This document shows positions 48,922-56,397 of a DNA stretch of 56,397 nucleotides, one piece after another. Location: positions 1 to 56,397 of the forward strand of contig JAHQWG010000008.1 in the NCBI GenBank assembly GCA_029856045.1, read 5' to 3'. Position 1 is the stretch's first letter. Each line of letters begins with the position of its first letter. The position numbers were made by a program, and so were the translations under genes. The notes under the pieces are model-generated. The model worked only from the letters and a program-made list of their open reading frames with translations, was not told the DNA's origin and ran no database searches. Source of the stretch: Promethearchaeia archaeon. Its GTDB lineage: Archaea > Asgardarchaeota > Lokiarchaeia > Sigyniarchaeales > SOKP01.

Positions 48922-51831
48922 TTAAATAATTTGATTTATTTTTTTCAATATTTTGGGGATTTCTTTAGAATAATCAACTATTTTTTCTTTATAATTATCT
49001 CTCAGTTCAGTAAAATCATCATAATTTCTATTTTTAATTTTATTCACGAAATTAACTCCTAATTCAGATAATTCCCCAAATAAATGATTTATCTGTCTAT
49101 TCTTCTCAATTATGGTTGAATCAATCTTCTTCCTTTTCTTTCGTATATGATTTCTTAACTTTCCTCGTGGAATCCGCAAATCTTCAATCATTTTATCGCA
49201 ATGGAGAAGTAAATTATATGCAAGAACTTTCTCCCCTTCTTTTAATGAATCTTCAATTACTTCAGTTCTCCAAGTTAAAATTCTACCTCTAGCGTAAGTA
49301 TCAGGGTTCAAAGATATACTATCTATTTTTTGTTTAATTAAAAATTTTAAAAACTCTGGATAATCACTAGGAGCCTGGCCGCAAATCCCCACGTATTTTC
49401 TGCGTTCGTGAGCAACTTTTATTAAATGTTCAATAGCTCGCTTAATTGCTTCACTATTGGCAATATAATTATATTTTTCCGCAAGAGGGAATAGTTTTTG
49501 ATTATCTCTACCACAACCAAAGACTAACTGTGTTAAATCATTTGAACCAATTGAAAATCCATCAAAATAATTACAAAAAATATCAGCTAGAAATATATTT
49601 GATGGAATTTCTGCCATTACATAAACTTTTAATCCATCTTGACCTCTTACAAGTCCTTCCACTTGCATCAATTTAATAATTGCTTCTGCTTCATCCGGGG
49701 TTCTACAAAATGGCACCATAGGAATAATATTCGTCAAACCCCATGATCGAGCTCTTTTCATAGCACGTAATTCTAAACGAAATGCTTCCTCAAAATCTTC
49801 AGAAACATATCTTGAACCACCTCGAAATCCGAGCATTGGATTATTTTCATCATGTTCATATAACCAGCCGCCAATAAGATTTTTATATTCATTTGTTTTG
49901 AAATCAGAAAGCCTTACAACAGCTTCAGCAATAGAACCATCGGGCAATGTTTTCCAAACTCCAGCAGCTATTATTGCAATACCCTCAGCTAACTTTTGAA
50001 CATAATATTCCTCTTTATTATCATATCCAGTTGTAAGATCTGCAATTTTTTCTAAAGTATTTCTTAAATTCTCAATTTCTAGTAAAAATGGATCTTTTTT
50101 TATTAAATCGCTTTTTTTTAATGATTCAATTTGTTCTTTTTTTTCCAATAATTCATGCATGTGAATGATTAAATCATCAAAATGTAGTAATGCATTAGGA
50201 TGAATTTGAATCAAATCGTTGATAATAAATTCTAATCTTGCAAGACCTGTCCCATCGGGATATTTTCCGGATGATAAGGCTCCTTTTGGAATCCCAAGAT
50301 TTACTAAAATTTTAGTTTTGGTTCTCGGCAAGTTATTAAACTCAATTGTGTCATAATCAAACTCAACTTCTCCGCCCCAGATTCTTGCTTCTCCTTCGGA
50401 ACAATCAAGAGTAATAGATATATTCCCTTTTTTTGCATATTCCTTAAGAATTTGGACTATATTATCAGCACCTACAATTGACGCTAATTCTAATTCACGT
50501 GAAACAATCGCAGCGTGGCATGTTGGACCTCCTCTTTCAGTTATTACACCATTTAGGTTTTGCATGTAAGAAGTCCAATCAGGATTGGTTTCTAAGGTAA
50601 CTAATATATCTCCTTCCTCCAGAAGATGAGCATAATTAATATCTTCAATTACTTTTAGTCTACCAATTGCGATTTTACGACCAATAGCAGTACCAGTCGA
50701 ACTTATCAATTTGCCTTTTTCTTTTAAATCTTGAGGATTATCAATTAAATAATAGATTTCTTCTTTATCCCCCTTAATCGAATGAACCGTTTCTGGACGC
50801 GCTTGGACAATATAAATCTTATCATTATTTCCTATAGCCCATTCTATATCCATACGTTTTCCATAATGTTTTCGAATTTTCATACCATATTTGGCAAGTT
50901 CAATTGCTTGTTCTCCAGTCAAACAGAATTTATTTTGTAATTCAACAGGAACAGGAATTGTTTTTGTTCCACCAATTTCTGTATCGAATATTAATTGATT
51001 CTTTTTAGTAACAAGATCACTGGCAATTATTGTAAGGCCCTTAGGATTATGTTTGAAAATAATATTTTCATCTCCTTCTTCCGCTCCTTGAACAATCAAT
51101 TCTCCTAATCCCCATACTCCCCTTATAACAATAACATTTTCATTTCCTGAATCCGGATCTTCTGTAAACATTACTCCTGATGACTTTACTCCTCCTAAGC
51201 CACCCGCCATTTCTTGAACTCCAACACTTAATTTGACATCAAAATGATCATACCCGGATCGCTCTCTGTAAGCGGTGGCACGTGTTGTAAATATTGAAGC
51301 CATATCTTTTAAAATATATCTTAAAATATTTTCTTCGCCACTAATGTTTAAGTGAGTATCTTGTTGTCCTGCAAAACTAGATTCTGGTAAATCTTCAGCA
51401 GTTGCACTGGAACGGATTGCAAATGATGTTACTTCTCCAATTTTTTCTAGTAATTTATGATAAGCATCTAAAATTTCATCTTGCATACTATCTGGTATTT
51501 GGGATTGTTCAATTGCAGTCCTAATGCTAGCACAGATCTGATCTACTCTCTGTATTGCCGAAATATCCTCGCTTTGTAGTTCTTTTTTTATTGAACCAAT
51601 TTGTCTTCGAATATATTCTTTCAGTGTAATCTCTTCATTTTTTATCGTATAATAATTATTTTCCAAAATGTAATCAAATGCATTGGCACTTACTGCAAAT
51701 CCTAATGGAACAGGTATATTAAAACTTAATAATTCACCTAAACTTGCGTTCTTACCTCCTACGAGGTCAATATCAGAGGTCCTTACTTCCTCAAAAAACT
51801 TAATAAATTGATAATTGCCTAAAGACGACAT
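48922..51831 (-). CDS. ppsA: Phosphoenolpyruvate synthase (pyruvate, water dikinase) with a C-terminal helical extension
   Basis: VGGKNASLGE, RSSATAED, GGPTCHAAIVSRE phospho-His site, FSIGSNDLTQ, GICGQ. Confidence 0.95.
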   Translation of the reverse strand: MSSLGNYQFIKFFEEVRTSDIDLVGGKNASLGELLSFNIPVPLGFAVSANAFDYILENNYYTIKNEEITLKEYIRRQIGSIKKELQSEDISAIQRVDQICASIRTAIEQSQIPDSMQDEILDAYHKLLEKIGEVTSFAIRSSATAEDLPESSFAGQQDTHLNISGEENILRYILKDMASIFTTRATAYRERSGYDHFDVKLSVGVQEMAGGLGGVKSSGVMFTEDPDSGNENVIVIRGVWGLGELIVQGAEEGDENIIFKHNPKGLTIIASDLVTKKNQLIFDTEIGGTKTIPVPVELQNKFCLTGEQAIELAKYGMKIRKHYGKRMDIEWAIGNNDKIYIVQARPETVHSIKGDKEEIYYLIDNPQDLKEKGKLISSTGTAIGRKIAIGRLKVIEDINYAHLLEEGDILVTLETNPDWTSYMQNLNGVITERGGPTCHAAIVSRELELASIVGADNIVQILKEYAKKGNISITLDCSEGEARIWGGEVEFDYDTIEFNNLPRTKTKILVNLGIPKGALSSGKYPDGTGLARLEFIINDLIQIHPNALLHFDDLIIHMHELLEKKEQIESLKKSDLIKKDPFLLEIENLRNTLEKIADLTTGYDNKEEYYVQKLAEGIAIIAAGVWKTLPDGSIAEAVVRLSDFKTNEYKNLIGGWLYEHDENNPMLGFRGGSRYVSEDFEEAFRLELRAMKRARSWGLTNIIPMVPFCRTPDEAEAIIKLMQVEGLVRGQDGLKVYVMAEIPSNIFLADIFCNYFDGFSIGSNDLTQLVFGCGRDNQKLFPLAEKYNYIANSEAIKRAIEHLIKVAHERRKYVGICGQAPSDYPEFLKFLIKQKIDSISLNPDTYARGRILTWRTEVIEDSLKEGEKVLAYNLLLHCDKMIEDLRIPRGKLRNHIRKKRKKIDSTIIEKNRQINHLFGELSELGVNFVNKIKNRNYDDFTELRDNYKEKIVDYSKEIPKILKKINQII

Positions 51832-52007
51832 GAGTATATCAAAATTTAATTATTGATTTGATAAAATTAATTTATTAGTATTTTAAAAAACAATCTGATT
51901 AAAAGTTTGTTTTGATTTTTATATTTAATTAGTATAGCTAAAATATAAATCATTTTTTGCTAAAATTTTTAATATCGAAAAAAATGAAAATTAAATATAA
52001 ATAAGAA

Positions 52008-52946
52008 ATGATATCATTAACAGAAAATTCTAAAGAAAAAATGAAATATAATGATTTATCTCTTTATATTATTATTGTAATTGGTCTTTCCTTTAGTGTA
52101 TTTGGAATCTTTTATGTTTTAGGACTTATTTTCCAATTTTTATCCAGTGAAATTATTAACATTTTCATTTTGGCATATATGTTCCTGCCAACCTTAACAG
52201 CAATAATTATCCAAAAATTTATCCGAAAAGAAAAAATTTTGAATATTAAGGGGTTAAAATTTGGTAAATTCACTTATTATTTAATTGCAATTGTTTTAAG
52301 CTTTATAATTGTTTTTTTAGCATTTTTTATTGCTCTCTCCTTTCCTGGAGTAGAGTATGATAAAAACTTGGAGATCTTGCAACAATATGCAGATTTACCA
52401 GAATCCTTATTATCACTACCAGATCCCGCCATGATTTATATATTAACATCAATTCCAAATGCAATTATTTTTGGTGCTACATATAATGCATTTTTTGCAT
52501 TTGGTGAAGAGCTGGGTTGGAGAGGATTTATGTTAGATTCATTGGGTAAAAAAAAATTTGGATTTTGGAGGGCTTCAATTTTAATTGGAATTGTGTGGGG
52601 GTTCTGGCATGCACCAATTATATTATTTTTTGGGCTGAATTATCCTGAACACCGAATTGAAGGTGTTTTTATGATGGTCGGTTTTACAGTATTACTTTCA
52701 CCAATCCTAACATATTTAACATTAAAAGGCGAATCAGTTTTCATTGCCTCAGTTTTCCACGGAACAATTAATGCAATTGCAGGGATTTCTATAGTCCTAA
52801 AAGGTGGAAATGATTTAATAAATTCTGTGGCTGGATTATCTGGATTCATTGCTTGTATCATAATTATAATAATAATGGTAACTATTGATAGGTTTCTTGT
52901 AAAGAATCCATTAATAAACCAAAAAGAGAAATTTAAAGCAAATTAA
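52008..52946 (+). CDS. CPBP (Abi/CAAX type II) intramembrane metalloprotease
   Basis: GEELGWRG, WGFWH, FHGTIN. Confidence 0.92.
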   Translation: MISLTENSKEKMKYNDLSLYIIIVIGLSFSVFGIFYVLGLIFQFLSSEIINIFILAYMFLPTLTAIIIQKFIRKEKILNIKGLKFGKFTYYLIAIVLSFIIVFLAFFIALSFPGVEYDKNLEILQQYADLPESLLSLPDPAMIYILTSIPNAIIFGATYNAFFAFGEELGWRGFMLDSLGKKKFGFWRASILIGIVWGFWHAPIILFFGLNYPEHRIEGVFMMVGFTVLLSPILTYLTLKGESVFIASVFHGTINAIAGISIVLKGGNDLINSVAGLSGFIACIIIIIIMVTIDRFLVKNPLINQKEKFKAN

Positions 52947-53013
52947 TTATTCTTTTCAGAAATTATAATGTAAAAAAAATTGAAATAAGATAAGAAAAAG
53001 TTAAATTAGATTC

Positions 53014-54651
53014 TTATTTTTGCTTTTCTATATCTCTTAATTCTCGATGAAGAACCTTTCCTACTATTGTTTTGGGTAATTCTTCAATGAATTCTACGTA
53101 TCGTGGATATTTATCAAAACCCATATTTTCTTTAGCCCAATCAATTATATCTTGGTTAGAAACTTTATCTTTAAATTCCTCTTTTAAAACAACATAAGCT
53201 TTTATGTTTTCATTACCATCATCATCAACAATACCAATTACACCACATTCTTCAATTACTTCGTAATTATATAATAAATCTTCGATTTCTGCGGGATAAA
53301 CGGAATGCCCTTTATATTTTATTAAGTTTTTAAGTCTATCTTTTATTATCAAATATCCATCTTCATCCATTAAAGCTAAATCACCTGTCCATAACCAACC
53401 CTCTTTTATCGTGTCATTTGTTTCTTTTTCTCTCTTATAGTAGCCTTTCATCATTTGTGGACCTCTAACAACCAATTCTCCTACTTCATTAATTCCAAGA
53501 AGATTTCCTTCAGGATCACAAATCTTTACATCAGTGTTAGGTACTGGCATTCCTATTGTATAATTTTTAAATATTCCTTCAAATGGGTTTGCAGTAACAA
53601 GTGGAGACATTTCAGTTAATCCATAGGCATTACGAAGTTTTGAACCCGTTAATTCTTCAAATCTTTTTCCTATCTCATCTGGGAGCGGCCCTGCAGAACT
53701 AACACAATATTTTATATAAGATAAATCATGTTTTTCTATTCCTTCATAATTATTTAAATTATTATATAAAGCAGCCACACCAGGAAAGAAAGTTACTCTC
53801 GCTGCCTCAATAACCTCTAAAACTTCGTGAGCTTCTCTAGGATTAAATACACATGCAAGTTTCCAACCACAATGAATGGCAATATTCATCATATATCCCA
53901 TATAGATGTGATAAAATGGTAATGCTGCAAGAAGTACTTCTTTACCAAGTTCTTTCTCAGGAAACCATGCTTCTCCTTGGAAAACATTTGCAACAATGCT
54001 TCCATGAGTTAATATTGCACCTTTTGGATAACCCGTAGTTCCTCCTGTATATTGTAACATGGCAACATCATCTTGAGTTATTTTAATATCCGGAGGATTT
54101 GGCTTAGTCTCACGAATTATGTCTTCAAATGTAGGTTCACCACCACTAGCGGGATATTCAGGTTTTGCCATTGGGTCTGATGATAAATAAGGCCCTAGAT
54201 TACTATAAAATGTGTGTTTAACCCCTGTTTGATCAATAATTGGATCAACCATCGAGTTAAAACCCTCCCAGCCAATATAGACTTTGGTTTCACTATCATT
54301 TAATTGCCTTTTAATTTCCAAACTTTTAAATAATGGAGATATGGTCGTAACTACTGCTCCTATTTTTAAAATACCATAATAATACGCAACAAATGCTGGA
54401 TTATTAGTAAAATGTATTGCTACGCAATCACCTTTTTTAATACCAAGCTCAGTTAATTTTGTGGCTACACGATATACTATATCCTGTAATTGAATATATG
54501 TAAGCTCAAAACCCATAAAGTAAGTTATAACATTATTAGTATAAGTTTTAACTGAATCTTCAAAAAAGTCTACAAGTGTTTTAGTTGGAATAATGACTTC
54601 TTTAGGAACACTTTTAGGCCAATGTTTGTAATATATTTTTTGATCTGACAT
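53014..54651 (-). CDS. Long-chain fatty acid-CoA ligase
   Basis: YTGGTTGYPKG, YGLTE, TGD, LPKTIVGKVL. Confidence 0.93.
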   Translation of the reverse strand: MSDQKIYYKHWPKSVPKEVIIPTKTLVDFFEDSVKTYTNNVITYFMGFELTYIQLQDIVYRVATKLTELGIKKGDCVAIHFTNNPAFVAYYYGILKIGAVVTTISPLFKSLEIKRQLNDSETKVYIGWEGFNSMVDPIIDQTGVKHTFYSNLGPYLSSDPMAKPEYPASGGEPTFEDIIRETKPNPPDIKITQDDVAMLQYTGGTTGYPKGAILTHGSIVANVFQGEAWFPEKELGKEVLLAALPFYHIYMGYMMNIAIHCGWKLACVFNPREAHEVLEVIEAARVTFFPGVAALYNNLNNYEGIEKHDLSYIKYCVSSAGPLPDEIGKRFEELTGSKLRNAYGLTEMSPLVTANPFEGIFKNYTIGMPVPNTDVKICDPEGNLLGINEVGELVVRGPQMMKGYYKREKETNDTIKEGWLWTGDLALMDEDGYLIIKDRLKNLIKYKGHSVYPAEIEDLLYNYEVIEECGVIGIVDDDGNENIKAYVVLKEEFKDKVSNQDIIDWAKENMGFDKYPRYVEFIEELPKTIVGKVLHRELRDIEKQK

Positions 54652-54768
54652 AAATTTAGTTTAAATATTATTATATTTAACTTTAATTTTTCCCATAAAA
54701 GTATAAGCATTAAGAACGGGGACTGCTTTTATTTATAAAATTCTCAAAGAGCTTAATTCTAAGTATTA

Positions 54769-55050
54769 TTACATTTTAATGGACAATAATCTTTTAAAAG
54801 TCGAGTTTAATCCAATTTCTTCAACTTTTTTGCTTAAAAATTTCATATTAATTTTATTTTTATTAAGATGAAAAATTGTTAAAAAATCAAATATATCTTG
54901 ATATTCAAGAAGTCCTGAATCTGGAATATCATCAATTTTTCCCATATACATAATTTTTCCTAATAATACGTATTCAAGAGGTGCAATACATAAATCATGG
55001 CCCAATAATTTTTATTGAATAGCATTATTTAGAACTTCTAGCTCTCTCCA
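54769..55050 (-). pseudogene. Degraded 3' half of a nucleotidyltransferase-like (DUF6036-like) gene
   Basis: IAPLEYVLLGK...QDIFDF pattern; the upstream LEVLNNAI segment is disrupted by a stop or frameshift. Confidence 0.45.
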
Positions 55051-55481
55051 ATTTTAAGAAATTTCCCGAATATTTGAGGCGATTCGAGAAGAGCTACGAG
55101 GAATATAGGGTTATTTATGCGGAAGATACAAGAAACCCAAGTTTAAAGGGACAAGGTATGTATTTCAAACATAGAAGAATAAAGCTGAATCGGTGGTATC
55201 GGAATTATCTTCAATTAAAGGAGCAATATCTCGCTGTAATTTGAAATAAAAGGATTGCGAAAAAATTTAAATGACATCACTATCTTTTGTAACCACCCAA
55301 AAAAATTTTTTCAAAACTTCTGTCTTATAATTTTTGAAATCAATTTCATTTATAAATATGAGTATGTTTATCGTATGATCATAACCTAAGTAGGTGCAAA
55401 ATATCGGATAAAAGTATATTTAAAAAGTTGAAGAGATAATTATAATATAATTAAACTCATTTTGTAGTAAATCGAGATGCC

Positions 55482-55664
55482 ATGTCCGATAAAACTGAAA
55501 AATATTCTATGAAAATACCTAAAAAATTGAAAGACTTGTTCCAAGAATATATCAATGAAAACCCAAATTTAGGATTTAATAAAGTCTCACAATTTGTCTT
55601 ATTTATTCTACAACAAAAAGCCGTAGAAATAAAAAAAGAATTAGATAAGAATAAAAAAACATAA
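55482..55664 (+). CDS. Ribbon-helix-helix (CopG-like) DNA-binding protein
   Basis: YSMKIPKKL...GFNKVSQFV. Confidence 0.75.
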   Translation: MSDKTEKYSMKIPKKLKDLFQEYINENPNLGFNKVSQFVLFILQQKAVEIKKELDKNKKT

Positions 55665-55964
55665 AAACTTTAACTTTTAAAATAATTCCATTGGATCAGG
55701 GTGTAATTAACTATGAATAAATTATTTCTTTAAATAGAAGTAAAATAATTTGTATGTATTATGTTATTTCCTACTATTTTTGAACTTGGATATGAATTAA
55801 ATCTTCTCCCTATTAATTCAACGGACTGTGCTATGGGTAATTCTGATAAGTTTCAATTAGAACTAACATCTTTCATTTTGTTTTTTAGGATTTAATTTTT
55901 TTTTGATTTTATTTAAATATCAAAAAGATAACTCCTTTTGTTTAAAAAAAGAGAATTTAAAATT

Positions 55965-56397
55965 TTAAAGATAGTCATTTTTTACTCGTAGCAATAGAGT
56001 AAAAAGTATGATTAAACCTCCTATAAAAATAAAAACAATAAAAACATTCCATTTGTCGAGAATAATTCCTATAAATGGGAAAATAAGTGCTCTTAAGAAA
56101 CTTGTAAACATGTTAATAGTGCTGAGAACTGTTGCTCTATTTTCAGACTCAACCTGTTTATTTATACCATTAATATATATTAGATATCTAGGATATCCAG
56201 TTGCTACGATTGTAAGGATTAATAAAATACCTAATATAGCATTAAAAGTAAATCCTAAAAAAATATATGTAATACCACAGATTATATCAACTGAGATTAA
56301 AAGGATCAATTTATTCTTGATTCTCTGCGAAATCATGGGTATAACATTTAGAAAAATTAAGTTTACTACACCTATTGCGGAAGCTACAAAACCAAAA
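55965..56397 (-). CDS. MFS transporter, C-terminal part (runs off the window end)
   Basis: Frame open to the window edge; INKQVESENRATVLS motif; TM helices. Confidence 0.8.
   Translation of the reverse strand, partial: FGFVASAIGVVNLIFLNVIPMISQRIKNKLILLISVDIICGITYIFLGFTFNAILGILLILTIVATGYPRYLIYINGINKQVESENRATVLSTINMFTSFLRALIFPFIGIILDKWNVFIVFIFIGGLIILFTLLLRVKNDYL

Overview
Low-GC archaeal chromosomal segment, most likely an Asgard archaeon of Lokiarchaeia type. This is inferred from Cdc6/Orc1, XerA, UPF0147, a Rag-like and a roadblock-Rab GTPase, a longin/DENN-like protein and an IPGY Loki-CTERM-like anchor. Contents include xerA-cdc6, an SDR cluster, a ThDP enzyme, purA, an MFS/PfkB/GH38/glycyl-radical-enzyme locus, iron-handling genes, an ABC-2 operon with a giant catalytically dead Site-1-protease-like subtilase, an intron-containing tRNA (probably Pro-CGG), ppsA and an acyl-CoA ligase. 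The most striking unexplained structure occurs three times: a 1.6-3.2 kb integrase-free cargo block sits directly downstream of a + strand gene and is closed by a second, diverged copy of that gene's own 3' end (38, ~575 and 75 bp direct repeats). One cargo block ends in a tnpB 3' remnant with its IS200/IS605 right end. An orphan PCNA-like 3' fragment and an unannotated 36-aa secreted-type peptide were also found. All family assignments come from motif recognition by eye; no searches were run.
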